A stretch of DNA of 60,620 nucleotides, counting the filler. It is 6 parts of 6 records of this genome, joined end to end, with 100 filler letters (N's around TTAATTAATTAA, not from the genome) between each part and the next. Parts side by side here need not be neighbours in the genome. Positions count along the whole stretch, not along the records: positions 21,078 to 36,744 come from SRR2962707_3747; 5 more parts are not named here. One strand, given 5' to 3'. Both the position numbers and the translations under genes were made by a program. Positions 25,328 to 35,004 of this stretch are shown one piece after another (positions within the stretch are counted from its first letter, which is position 1; the number at the start of each line of letters is the position of its first letter). Below the pieces are notes generated by a model. That model was not told where the DNA came from and did not search any database. It saw only the letters and a program-made list of their open reading frames with translations.

Positions 25328-25467
25328 CGATATTTGCGTGTTTGTGGGGGCAAAACACTGAATCCGGGTTTGCAATCGTAAGCAGATGCTGTTTAGAAAG
25401 TTTTACGAGGTAAGTCTTGGGCGCGTGCTATCACACTGTGAGGTACGCCTTTTCTGGAGGTTATGAT

Positions 25468-25647
25468 ATGAAGAAACTCGTTCTCGCCGCTGCGTTGACA
25501 GCTGCTGCATCGAATGCATTTGCTGGCTCGCTGGCAGATCCAATCATCGAAGCACCCGTAATCGTTGAAGAGTCCACCTCTTCTTCTTCCGGTGTTTTGA
25601 TTCCTTTGGCGCTGCTGGTTCTCGTAGCCGCCGCTGTTGCTGACTAA
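25468..25647 (+). CDS. 59-aa exported protein with C-terminal hydrophobic anchor
   Basis: RBS GGAGG at 25456-25460; signal peptide ending AFA; acidic/Pro/Ser linker; hydrophobic tail VLIPLALLVLVAAAVA; strong terminator follows. Confidence 0.85.
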   Translation: MKKLVLAAALTAAASNAFAGSLADPIIEAPVIVEESTSSSSGVLIPLALLVLVAAAVAD

Positions 25648-25666
25648 TTTAGTCACGTGACTAATT

Positions 25667-25698
25667 AAAAGGCGGTGTTTTACACCGCCTTTTTTTTT
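25667..25698 (+). terminator. Intrinsic terminator, probably bidirectional
   Basis: AAAA-GGCGGTGT-ttt-ACACCGCC-T9 between convergent genes. Confidence 0.9.
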
Positions 25699-25779
25699 GT
25701 CTTTTTTTCTGAGAAAGATCACACGCTACCCGGCCCCTGTATTCAGGCGGACAGCGCGTAGTGATCCGGCAAGTTTTGC

Positions 25780-26826
25780 CTAGTCGATCCAACCCTGCAG
25801 GTTTTCTTCGATCACGTTAGACAGCGCTTTGATGTGCAGCTCGTCGTCGTTAAGGCATGGAATATAATGGAATTCCTCGCCACCTGCGTGCTCAAAGCTT
25901 TCTTTGATCTCTTCGTTGATCTCTTCCAGCGTTTCGATGCAATCCGCTGAAAAAGCGGGGGCGCAAACGGCGATCTTTTTGTTGCCGGCCTCGGCCTGAC
26001 GCGCGACTTCTTCCACCGTATAGGGCTGCAACCATTCCTCGGGGCCGAATTTCGACTGGAAGGTCGTCATGATCTGGGTGTCGTCCCAGCCCAGCCGTTC
26101 TTTCAGCAGGCGCGTCGTTTTCTGGCACTGGCAGTGATAGGGGTCGCCCTCCATCAGATAGCGCTGCGGCACGCCGTGGTATGAACACAGCAGCTTGTCC
26201 GGCTTGGCTTCCATTTTTGCATAGGCTTGCTCGATCGAGGTGGCCAGCGCTTCGATGTAGTCGGGGCGGTCAAAATAGGGTTGAACCGTGCGCGCGGCGG
26301 GCTGCCATTTTTCCTTGGCCAAAGCGGCAAAGAACGCATCATTTGCAGTCGCAGACGTGGCCCCGGCGTAATGCGGGTAAAGCGGGAAAAACAGGATCTT
26401 CTGGCAGCCTGCTTCGACCATCGCTTTGACCTTGGATTCGGTCGACGGGTTGCCATAGCGCATGCAGAAATCGACCATAACTGCGTCACCATACCGCGCC
26501 TGCATCGTCTCTTTGATCTTGGCTGTTTGGGCTTTGGTGATGGTCATCAACGGGCTTTCGCCGTCTTTTTCATTCCAGATCGATTTGTACGCGGCACCGC
26601 TGGTAAAGGGGCGTTTCGTCAAAATGACCAGTTGCAGCAGCGGCTGCCACAGCCACGGGCTGTAATCGATGACGCGGCGATCTGACAGGAATTCCCCTAG
26701 ATAACGGCGCATTGACCAGTAATCATAGTTATCTGGCGTACCAAGATTGGCCAGCAGAATGCCCACTTTGGGTGTCGGTATCTTTGGATGATCCGGCTGG
26801 GCATGAACTGGGCAGGTCTTGGTCAT
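25780..26826 (-). CDS. hemH: Ferrochelatase
   Basis: LLANLGTP, MRYGNP, PLYPHY, SYHGVP, FQSKFG..WLQP, FSADCIETLEEI. Confidence 0.96.
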   Translation of the reverse strand: MTKTCPVHAQPDHPKIPTPKVGILLANLGTPDNYDYWSMRRYLGEFLSDRRVIDYSPWLWQPLLQLVILTKRPFTSGAAYKSIWNEKDGESPLMTITKAQTAKIKETMQARYGDAVMVDFCMRYGNPSTESKVKAMVEAGCQKILFFPLYPHYAGATSATANDAFFAALAKEKWQPAARTVQPYFDRPDYIEALATSIEQAYAKMEAKPDKLLCSYHGVPQRYLMEGDPYHCQCQKTTRLLKERLGWDDTQIMTTFQSKFGPEEWLQPYTVEEVARQAEAGNKKIAVCAPAFSADCIETLEEINEEIKESFEHAGGEEFHYIPCLNDDELHIKALSNVIEENLQGWID

Positions 26827-26879
26827 TGGTGTATCCTTTTCGCGTGATGAACCGTCAGATAGACGGTTTGTCTGGCAGG

Positions 26880-27698
26880 TCAATCGTTCAGCGGCGTTTC
26901 ATCAGTGGCAAGGGCATCGGCAAGGCGTTGCTGCGCTGACCCGGGGCGCAGCGGTTTGGGCTGGCTGTCGGACGGGGCCCACCCGGCAAGAAAGATCATT
27001 TCAAAGGTTGCCGAAATGCGGCCCGTGTCGGTGGCAAAGTTGTCTTGATAAAGTTGGCCAGCAGCGTTGAACACCGCGCGGCGCGTCGGCCTGCGCAGGC
27101 GTGACTGCATAGCGTTTGCTTCGCCCATTGAACGCAGGTCGCGCATCAGGTGCCAGATGTCGCGATATTCGGTCTTAAGCGTCACGGAATCAGCGACGGG
27201 CAAGGCAAGGCCCGCGCGTTGCAGCAGCCCACCGATATCACGCAGTTCGGCCATGGGTGCCACGCGGGGGGACAGACCGCCGGTAATCTGTGCTTCGGCC
27301 TGTGCCAGACAGGCGCGCAGTTCGTTCAGGGTTTGCCCGCCGAAACTGACCGACAGAAACAACCCGTCAGGTTCAAGCGCGCGGCGCGACTGGATGATCT
27401 GGCCGACTGGGTCATTCGCCCAGTGCAAGCCCAGCCCGTGCACGACCAGATCATGCGCCGTTTGGTCCAGGGGCAGGGTGTCTGTATCCTGCACCACTGG
27501 TGCATCCGGGTATAAATCCCCCCAGACCTGCGGAAATCCGGTGACAATTGCCGGTTTGTTAAACGTCCTGTTAACCAAGCTTAGCCGATCCTGAACCTCG
27601 TCCAGGGCGGCACGGTGCAGGAATAATCCATCATCGCTGGCACGGCTGCGGCTGCGGGATAGGGCGGAAATGTCCGTGAGGATGTTTTGTGCGTTCAT
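26880..27698 (-). CDS. SAM-dependent methyltransferase, BioC/NDUFAF5-like
   Basis: LHWANDP, L.PDGLF, TL.ELR, GGLLQRAGLALPVAD, PLRPGSA; divergent from comF. Confidence 0.85.
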   Translation of the reverse strand: MNAQNILTDISALSRSRSRASDDGLFLHRAALDEVQDRLSLVNRTFNKPAIVTGFPQVWGDLYPDAPVVQDTDTLPLDQTAHDLVVHGLGLHWANDPVGQIIQSRRALEPDGLFLSVSFGGQTLNELRACLAQAEAQITGGLSPRVAPMAELRDIGGLLQRAGLALPVADSVTLKTEYRDIWHLMRDLRSMGEANAMQSRLRRPTRRAVFNAAGQLYQDNFATDTGRISATFEMIFLAGWAPSDSQPKPLRPGSAQQRLADALATDETPLND

Positions 27699-27716
27699 AC
27701 AAGGAATAATAAGGTC

Positions 27717-28445
27717 ATGCTGGCCCAGTTACAAACCGCTGTTGGTCTGATTTATCCGCCTGCCTGTCTGTGCTGCGGTGGGGCGGTCGATGCGCATGCT
27801 GGCCTGTGCGGGCCATGTTGGCGCGATACGGCCTTTGTTGGCGGTGTGATATGCGACAGCTGCGGTATCCCGTTGCCCGGCGGCAACGCGGGCGAGGTGG
27901 CGCATTGCGACAGTTGCCTTGCCCATCCGCCGCCTTGGGTACAGGGGCGTTCGGCGCTGTTATATGCGAATATGGGCCGCAAAATGGTTCTGGCACTCAA
28001 GCACGGCGACCGGCAGGAAATCGCAAAACCTGCGGCGGTCTGGATGGCCCGCGCTTGGGGCGGCCAATTGCCCGCTGATACGTTGATTACCCCGGTGCCC
28101 CTGCATTGGCAGCGGCTGGTCAAAAGGCGCTACAATCAATCTGCCTTGCTGGGGCGTGCGTTGGCGGTGGAAACAGGGTTGGATTGGTGCCCCGATCTGT
28201 TGCAGCGGGTGCGCAGAACCGCGTCGTTAGAGGGTAAAACCCGTCATCAGAGGTTCGAGATTTTGGATAACGCGATTTGCGCCCATCCAAAGCGGCGACA
28301 CATGATGCAGGGGCGATCGGTGCTGATAGTTGACGATGTAATGACGTCTGGTGCGACGTTATATGCAGCGGCACGGGCCTGTATTGACGCAGGCGCAGGT
28401 CCGATACGCGTCGTTACACTGGCAAGAGTGGCCAAAGACACCTAA
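27717..28445 (+). CDS. comF: ComF family double zinc ribbon/phosphoribosyltransferase protein
   Basis: Four CxxC motifs, PVPLH, RRYNQS, LIVDDVMTSGATL. Confidence 0.9.
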   Translation: MLAQLQTAVGLIYPPACLCCGGAVDAHAGLCGPCWRDTAFVGGVICDSCGIPLPGGNAGEVAHCDSCLAHPPPWVQGRSALLYANMGRKMVLALKHGDRQEIAKPAAVWMARAWGGQLPADTLITPVPLHWQRLVKRRYNQSALLGRALAVETGLDWCPDLLQRVRRTASLEGKTRHQRFEILDNAICAHPKRRHMMQGRSVLIVDDVMTSGATLYAAARACIDAGAGPIRVVTLARVAKDT

Positions 28446-28482
28446 GTCTGTGTTCAACTGATTTGCTGAAAAGGACACAGCT

Positions 28483-28740
28483 ATGAAACCCGTTGAGATT
28501 TACACCTCGCCGCTTTGCGGATTTTGCCACGCGGCCAAGCGGTTGCTGAATGAAAAAGGTGTCAGCTTTGCCGAGGTGGACGTTCTGGCGCACCCCGAAC
28601 GGAAGGCCGAAATGATCAAACGCGCAAATGGTGGTCGTACGGTGCCGCAGATTTTCGTCGGCGACACACATGTTGGCGGATGTGACGAGCTGTACGCGCT
28701 GGAACGCGCGGGCAAGCTCGACGCGTTGTTGGCCGCCTGA
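28483..28740 (+). CDS. grxC: Glutaredoxin 3
   Basis: CGFC active site, TVPQIF, GGCD. Confidence 0.95.
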   Translation: MKPVEIYTSPLCGFCHAAKRLLNEKGVSFAEVDVLAHPERKAEMIKRANGGRTVPQIFVGDTHVGGCDELYALERAGKLDALLAA

Positions 28741-29570
28741 TGAAAGCCGCCCTGATCCAGTTGAATGTCACGGATGATCCGGCCCGCAATCTGGCGGGCA
28801 CGGTCGAAATGGTGCGGGATGCGGCGGATCAGGGCGCGCGGCTTGTTCTGACGCCCGAGGTTACGAATTGTGTGTCGACCAGCCGAGACCATCAACGCGC
28901 GGTGCTGACCCATGAGGCGGATGATATAACCCTTGCCGCGCTGCGCGATGTGGCGCGGGACGCAGGCATCTGGTTGCTGATCGGGTCGCTGGGGCTCAAG
29001 ACGGATGATGCCGACGGGCGGTTTGCCAACAGGTCGTTCATGATTGATCCTACGGGGCAGATCGTGGCCCGTTACGACAAAATCCATATGTTCGACGTCG
29101 ATATTGATACCAGCGAAAGCTACCGCGAATCAGCCGGGTATCGTCCGGGGGATAGGGCGGTTGTGGCTGATACCGAATTTGGGCGCGTTGGGATGACCAT
29201 CTGCTATGATATGCGGTTTCCGATGTTGTATCAGGCCTTGGCCAATGCGGGCGCTGACATTCTGACCATGCCTGCCGCATTTTCGCCGGTCACCGGTGCC
29301 GCACATTGGCATACGCTGCTACGGGCGCGGGCGATTGAAACCGGCTGCTTTGTTCTAGCCCCTGCGCAAACGGGCGAACATCTAAGCGATACCAACAAAA
29401 CGCGGTCCACCTATGGCCATTCGCTCGCGGTTGCCCCCTGGGGCGAGGTGATCCTGGATGCGGGGGATGCGCCGGAGGTTTATCCCTTTGAGATGGACAT
29501 GACCCGCCTTGCAGATGCGCGCCGGCGCGTACCAAGCCTTGCCAACCGGCGTGAATTTCAGGCACCTTAG
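28740..29570 (+). CDS. Carbon-nitrogen hydrolase (Nit1-like)
   Basis: Glu-Lys-Cys triad contexts TPE, YDKIHMFD, ICYDMRFP; RARAIE. Confidence 0.93.
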   Translation: MKAALIQLNVTDDPARNLAGTVEMVRDAADQGARLVLTPEVTNCVSTSRDHQRAVLTHEADDITLAALRDVARDAGIWLLIGSLGLKTDDADGRFANRSFMIDPTGQIVARYDKIHMFDVDIDTSESYRESAGYRPGDRAVVADTEFGRVGMTICYDMRFPMLYQALANAGADILTMPAAFSPVTGAAHWHTLLRARAIETGCFVLAPAQTGEHLSDTNKTRSTYGHSLAVAPWGEVILDAGDAPEVYPFEMDMTRLADARRRVPSLANRREFQAP

Positions 29571-29577
29571 TTAACGT

Positions 29578-30015
29578 ATGAGTGAAAACCGGAATTCATT
29601 GGCGATTACATTGATCAGCGAGCTGTTGTCCGCGGATCAACGCATGCGCAACCGTCTGACGCGGGTGCTGCCTAAAGGCATGGAGATTTCGCATTTCTCT
29701 GTATTGAATAACCTCGCGTGGCACGAAGGTGAAAAAACACCTGCCCAGCTGGCCGAGACGTTCAATGTCACACGCGGGGCCATGACCAACACCCTGAACA
29801 AGCTGCTGTGGGCGGGGTATGTACATATCCGGCCCGATTGGGATGATGCCCGTCGCAAGATGGTGGCGATCAGCCCCGCCGGACGGAACGCCCGCGATGA
29901 TGCGATCCGTTCGATCACGCCGTTGATTAACGATGTGGCTGATGAACTGGGCGAGGATCAGGTGCGCGCCACCCTTGAAACGCTGCGCGCATTGCGCAGA
30001 CATTCCGAGGATTAA
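29578..30015 (+). CDS. MarR family regulator
   Basis: Winged [21 protein letters not shown] and wing DARRK. Confidence 0.88.
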   Translation: MSENRNSLAITLISELLSADQRMRNRLTRVLPKGMEISHFSVLNNLAWHEGEKTPAQLAETFNVTRGAMTNTLNKLLWAGYVHIRPDWDDARRKMVAISPAGRNARDDAIRSITPLINDVADELGEDQVRATLETLRALRRHSED

Positions 30016-30758
30016 GCAGGCTTTGTGCTGGCGGTGACGTAATTCACGCTAAGATCACGATCAGACAGGCGCCATGACCATGTGATCGGATTGAACACAA
30101 ACCCTTTGCGATCGACGGGGGTCAGCCCCGCGTTGCGCAGCAGATCGAACAATTCATCGGGTGTAATGAATTTCGACCATTCATGCGTGCCCTTTGGCAG
30201 CCAGCGCATCACATGTTCAGCCCCCACAATCGCCACCATAAAGGATTTTGGATTGCGGTTCAGCGTCGAACAAATCTGCAGGCCACCGGGTTTCAGCAAC
30301 TGGCGGCAGGCAGTCAGGTAATCGATGGGGGATGCGACGTGTTCTACCACTTCCATGTTCAGCACCACGTCGAATTGTTCGCCCGCTTCTGCCAGCGCCT
30401 CGGCTGTGGTGTGGCGGTAATCGATGGTCAGGCCGGATTGTTCTGCATGAACTTGCGCCACGGGAATGTTTCCTGCGGCCGCATCAGCCCCGATCACATC
30501 AGCGCCCAATCGCGCCATCGGCTCAGAGAGCAACCCGCCACCGCAGCCGATATCCAGAATACGCAGCCCCTTGAACGGCAACGGCGTTTTTAGGTCGCGG
30601 TCAAATTCGCCTGCAATCTGGTTGGTGATATAATCCAACCGGCACGGGTTCAGCATGTGCAGGGGTTTGAATTTGCCATTCTCGTCCCACCATTCGGCGG
30701 CCATGGCCTGAAACTTTTCAATCTCGGCGGGGTCAACGGTGCTTAGTGGCGCTTGCAT
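30012..30758 (-). CDS. ubiG: Ubiquinone biosynthesis O-methyltransferase
   Basis: [35 protein letters not shown]. Confidence 0.96.
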   Translation of the reverse strand: MQAPLSTVDPAEIEKFQAMAAEWWDENGKFKPLHMLNPCRLDYITNQIAGEFDRDLKTPLPFKGLRILDIGCGGGLLSEPMARLGADVIGADAAAGNIPVAQVHAEQSGLTIDYRHTTAEALAEAGEQFDVVLNMEVVEHVASPIDYLTACRQLLKPGGLQICSTLNRNPKSFMVAIVGAEHVMRWLPKGTHEWSKFITPDELFDLLRNAGLTPVDRKGFVFNPITWSWRLSDRDLSVNYVTASTKPA

Positions 30759-30806
30759 TCTGATCTCTCTGTGCTCTTTTAGGTCCAAAGACTATATAGG
30801 CCTGTA

Positions 30807-31778
30807 ATGGACAAAATCCCGGACCAAAAGCGCGCAGTTCAATATCTTTATCCCCCCGTTGATCCGTTTGATCAGCGGATGATGGACGTGGGCGATGGTC
30901 ATAGCGTGTATTTTGAGCAATGCGGAAACCCTGACGGGATACCTGTTGTGGTGCTGCATGGCGGCCCCGGTGGCGGATGCAGCCCGTCGATGCGGCGCTA
31001 TTTTAACCCTGATAAATACCGGGTGATTCTATTTGATCAGCGCGGTTGTGGGCGGTCAAAACCCTTTGCGTCGGTGATCAACAATACCACATGGGATCTG
31101 GTTGCAGATATTGAACGTATCCGCGTGGCGCTGGGCATCGACAAATGGATTGCCTTTGGCGGCAGCTGGGGCGCGACATTGGCGTTGATCTATGCGCAGG
31201 CGCATCCCGACCGCGTGCGTAATATGGTGCTGCGCGGCGTGTTCACCATGACGCAATCCGAACTGGATTGGTTCTATGGGGGCGGTGCCGGGAAATTCTG
31301 GCCGGATTTATGGGCGCGTTTTGTGGATCTGATTCCACTGGATGAACGCGATGATCTGATCGCGGCTTATCACCGGCGGCTGTTTAGCGGTGATAGGCAG
31401 ACCGAGATTAAATACGGCAAGGCATGGGCTGCATGGGAAAACGCGCTGGCGTCGATCCATTCGTCAGGCGGCAGCCACGAGGGACCGGGGGAATATTCGC
31501 GGACGTTTTCGCGGCTGGAAAACCACTATTTCACCAACGCCGGTTTTCTTGAGTTTGACGGGCAGATTCTTGCGCATATGCCACGTATTGCACATATTCC
31601 GGGGGTGATCGTTCAGGGGCGTTATGATTTGATTTGTCCGCCGACCAGCGCCTATCACCTTGCGCAGGCTTGGCCGAATGCCGAACTAAAGATGGTGCGC
31701 AATGCGGGTCATGCCTTGTCAGAGCCGGGGATCAGTGCAGAACTGGTGCGCACGATGGACAGGATTGCCAGCCTATGA
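30807..31778 (+). CDS. pip: Proline iminopeptidase
   Basis: LHGGPG, DQRGCGRS, FGGSWG, QGRYD, AGH. Confidence 0.95.
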   Translation: MDKIPDQKRAVQYLYPPVDPFDQRMMDVGDGHSVYFEQCGNPDGIPVVVLHGGPGGGCSPSMRRYFNPDKYRVILFDQRGCGRSKPFASVINNTTWDLVADIERIRVALGIDKWIAFGGSWGATLALIYAQAHPDRVRNMVLRGVFTMTQSELDWFYGGGAGKFWPDLWARFVDLIPLDERDDLIAAYHRRLFSGDRQTEIKYGKAWAAWENALASIHSSGGSHEGPGEYSRTFSRLENHYFTNAGFLEFDGQILAHMPRIAHIPGVIVQGRYDLICPPTSAYHLAQAWPNAELKMVRNAGHALSEPGISAELVRTMDRIASL

Positions 31779-32629
31779 CCAAAACCCGTTCCTTGATGGA
31801 TCGCCGTGCGCTGTTTGCCACGGGTGCCGCTGCAGCTTTGCTAGCGGCGACGGGTGTGTCTGCCGCTGCCTTGCCAAAGCAGGGCGGACGGTTGCGCATG
31901 GCGCTGTCGGGTGCATTGCGCAGCGATAGCTGGGTCAGTGGCGATGGTCTGTTCATGAAGGTCGCGCGCCAAGGGTTGATCTATGACACCCTGACCGAGG
32001 TTGCCGCCGACGGCACCTTGCGTGGGGAACTGGCCACCGATTGGCAGGGGTCGGATGATGGCCGGGTGTGGATGTTCGATTTGCGCCAGGATGTGTCATT
32101 TCACGATGGTCGCCCCATGACAGCACGGGATGTTGCGGCGTCTTTGCATCTGAACGGGCGGGTCGAGGTTCTGAATGACCATCAGATATGTATCGCCCTT
32201 GATCAGCCTGCGATGGATTTACCTTTTACCTTGGCGGGCCCTGATCATGTCATCCGGCCACGTCATGCCGCCGATCTGGGGATCGGAACGGGCCTTTATC
32301 GTTTGAAACGGTTCACGCCGGGTCAGCAGCTTTTGGCGGAACGTGTGGCGGATCACTACAAGGGGAAAACCGCCGGGTGGTTCGACGCGGTCGAGCTGGT
32401 TTCGATTCCGTCCGACGCTGTGCGGGCGCAGGCGCTGGCGGAATATCTGGTCGATGCGGCGGATCTGGATGACGCCGGTTTGGTTCACGGGTTTGATGAC
32501 ATCGCCCCGCTGCCGTTTTCACGTGGCATGACCCATGCCGTGTCTCGTAGCGTTGCGATGCCTGTCAGAACCGGCCAGCATCGCCCGCTAGACAACCTAC
32601 GCGCGGCTGAACGCTGGTGGTTCGCCTAA
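31775..32629 (+). CDS. Short family-5 ABC solute-binding protein with Tat signal
   Basis: MDRRALF; YDTLTE, GELATDW, VSFHDG.PMTA.DV, IGTGLY; only ~284 aa. Confidence 0.8.
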   Translation: MTKTRSLMDRRALFATGAAAALLAATGVSAAALPKQGGRLRMALSGALRSDSWVSGDGLFMKVARQGLIYDTLTEVAADGTLRGELATDWQGSDDGRVWMFDLRQDVSFHDGRPMTARDVAASLHLNGRVEVLNDHQICIALDQPAMDLPFTLAGPDHVIRPRHAADLGIGTGLYRLKRFTPGQQLLAERVADHYKGKTAGWFDAVELVSIPSDAVRAQALAEYLVDAADLDDAGLVHGFDDIAPLPFSRGMTHAVSRSVAMPVRTGQHRPLDNLRAAERWWFA

Positions 32630-32719
32630 CGGGGCTTGCAGTTTCGCGGATCAAGGCGTATATCCCATCGTAACAGCGGCGCATCCGGGTCCACACCAGA
32701 TGCTCCACCGATCTTGAAC

Positions 32720-32742
32720 ACGGGCCGCGCGCCCGTTTTTTT
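32720..32742 (+). terminator. Terminator-like hairpin in the rimP-nusA leader
   Basis: ACGGGC-cgcgc-GCCCGT followed by a T run, downstream of a TTGCAG...TATATC promoter-like pair. Confidence 0.6.
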
Positions 32743-32778
32743 ATGCCTGCTGAAAATTGCAGGACGATAAGAGAGACT

Positions 32779-33357
32779 ATGAACAACGACCTGATTGCCA
32801 AAGCCGCCATTGACCGCCGCATGGCCGAGATCATCACACCGGTGATCGAGGATATGGGGTTTGAACTGGTACGCGTCCGCCTGATGTCGGGAAAACAGAC
32901 CACGTTGCAGATTATGGCCGACCGCCCCGATGGTGGGATCGAAGTTGATGAACTGGCTTTGGTAAGCCAGGCTGTCAGCGCCGTGCTGGACGTAGAAGAC
33001 CCGATTATCGAAGAATACACGCTGGAGGTTTCCAGCCCCGGTATCGACCGGCCCCTGACACGTCTCAAGGATTTCGACATGTTCGAAGGCTATGAGGCCA
33101 AGATTGAAACCGGTGAACTGATTGATGGCCGCCGCCGCTTTAAGGGCGAGCTGGCCGGAATCGACGGGGACGAAGTTCTGATCAACGTCGAAGAAGGCAC
33201 AATTGGCCTGAAATTCGACTGGCTTACGGACGCGAAACTGGTCCTGACCGACGATCTGATCAAAGAAATGCTGCGCCAGCGCAAAGCGTCGGGCGCAATT
33301 GACGAAACCAAATTCGATGACATCGAGACCGAAGGGTCCACCGAGGGAGACGACTAA
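32779..33357 (+). CDS. rimP: Ribosome maturation factor RimP
   Basis: [28 protein letters not shown]; upstream of nusA. Confidence 0.96.
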   Translation: MNNDLIAKAAIDRRMAEIITPVIEDMGFELVRVRLMSGKQTTLQIMADRPDGGIEVDELALVSQAVSAVLDVEDPIIEEYTLEVSSPGIDRPLTRLKDFDMFEGYEAKIETGELIDGRRRFKGELAGIDGDEVLINVEEGTIGLKFDWLTDAKLVLTDDLIKEMLRQRKASGAIDETKFDDIETEGSTEGDD

Positions 33358-34983
33358 ATGGCCATTACATCTGCCAACCAGCTGGAACTGCTGCAAACCG
33401 CCGAGGCTGTTGCCCGCGAAAAGATGATCGACCCCAATCTGGTGGTCGAAGCGATGGAAGAATCGCTCGCTCGGGCGGCGAAATCCCGCTACGGCGCTGA
33501 AATGGACATTCGCGTGGCGATTGACCGCAAGACAGGTCGCGCAACATTCACCCGCGTGCGCACCGTTGTGGCCGATGACGAGCTTGAGAACTATCAAGCC
33601 GAGTTCACTGTTGAGCAGGCCAAGCAATACATGGCCAACCCAGAAGTGGGTCAGGAATTCTCTGAGGAAGTTCCGCCAGTTGAAATGGGCCGTATTGCAG
33701 CACAATCCGCCAAGCAGGTGATCTTGCAAAAGGTTCGCGAAGCCGAGCGTGACCGTCAGTACGAAGAATTCAAAGACCGCGCTGGCACGATCATCAACGG
33801 TTTGGTCAAGCGCGAGGAATATGGCAACGTTATCGTCGATGTGGGTGCTGGCGAAGCGATCCTGCGGCGCAACGAGAAAATCGGCCGCGAATCCTATCGC
33901 CCGAACGACCGTATCCGCGTTTACATCAAGGATGTGCGCCGCGAACAGCGTGGCCCGCAAATCTTCCTGAGCCGTACCGCGCCTGAATTCATGGCCGAAC
34001 TGTTCAAGATGGAAGTGCCAGAAATCTATGATGGCATCATCGAGATCAAAGCCGTTGCCCGTGACCCCGGTTCGCGTGCCAAGATTGCTGTGATTTCCTA
34101 TGATAACTCCATCGATCCTGTCGGTGCTTGCGTTGGTATGCGTGGTTCGCGCGTTCAGGCCGTCGTGAACGAATTGCAGGGCGAAAAGATCGACATTATT
34201 CCGTGGAACGAAGACCAGCCAACATTCTTGGTGAACGCGCTTCAGCCTGCCGAAGTGTCCAAAGTTGTTCTGGACGAAGAAGCCGGCAAAATCGAAGTTG
34301 TCGTGCCAGAAGAGCAACTGAGCCTTGCGATTGGCCGTCGTGGTCAAAACGTGCGTCTGGCGTCGCAGCTGACCGGTCTGGACATCGATATCATGACAGA
34401 AGAGCAAGAAAGCGCGCGCCGTCAGGCCGAGTTTGAATTGCGCACCAAGCTGTTCATGGACAACCTTGATCTGGACGAATTCTTTGCTCAGTTGCTGGTA
34501 TCCGAAGGGTTCACCAACCTTGAAGAAGTCGCCTATGTCGAAGTTGACGAACTGCTGGTGATCGACGGTGTTGACGAAGCAACCGCTGGCGAATTGCAGG
34601 CCCGTGCCCGTGATGTGCTGGAAGCGCAAAACAAAGCGGCGCTGGATGCAGCCCGTGCGTTGGGTGTGGATGACACGCTTATTGAATTCGAAGGCCTGAC
34701 ACCCCAAATGATTGAGGCGTTGGCAAAAGACGATGTGAAAACGCTGGAAGACTTTGCAACATGCGCAGATTGGGAGCTGGCCGGTGGCTGGACCACAGTT
34801 GATGGCGTGCGGACCAAAGACGATGGCACGTTGGAACCGTTTGACATGTCGCTGGAAGAAGCGCAGCACCTGATCATGACAGCCCGCGTTTTGCTGGGTT
34901 GGGTTGATCCGGCCGAGCTTGAGGCCGCCGAAGTCGAAGAAGACGACATTGACGGCGAAGAAGACGAGGAGGCCGAGGCCTGA
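33358..34983 (+). CDS. nusA: Transcription factor NusA
   Basis: GRIAAQSAKQVI, S1 and KH domains, ARDPGSRAKIAV, AIGRRGQNVRLA. Confidence 0.98.
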   Translation: MAITSANQLELLQTAEAVAREKMIDPNLVVEAMEESLARAAKSRYGAEMDIRVAIDRKTGRATFTRVRTVVADDELENYQAEFTVEQAKQYMANPEVGQEFSEEVPPVEMGRIAAQSAKQVILQKVREAERDRQYEEFKDRAGTIINGLVKREEYGNVIVDVGAGEAILRRNEKIGRESYRPNDRIRVYIKDVRREQRGPQIFLSRTAPEFMAELFKMEVPEIYDGIIEIKAVARDPGSRAKIAVISYDNSIDPVGACVGMRGSRVQAVVNELQGEKIDIIPWNEDQPTFLVNALQPAEVSKVVLDEEAGKIEVVVPEEQLSLAIGRRGQNVRLASQLTGLDIDIMTEEQESARRQAEFELRTKLFMDNLDLDEFFAQLLVSEGFTNLEEVAYVEVDELLVIDGVDEATAGELQARARDVLEAQNKAALDAARALGVDDTLIEFEGLTPQMIEALAKDDVKTLEDFATCADWELAGGWTTVDGVRTKDDGTLEPFDMSLEEAQHLIMTARVLLGWVDPAELEAAEVEEDDIDGEEDEEAEA

Positions 34984-35004
34984 TCGTAGGCCTTGGGGAA
35001 CGAT

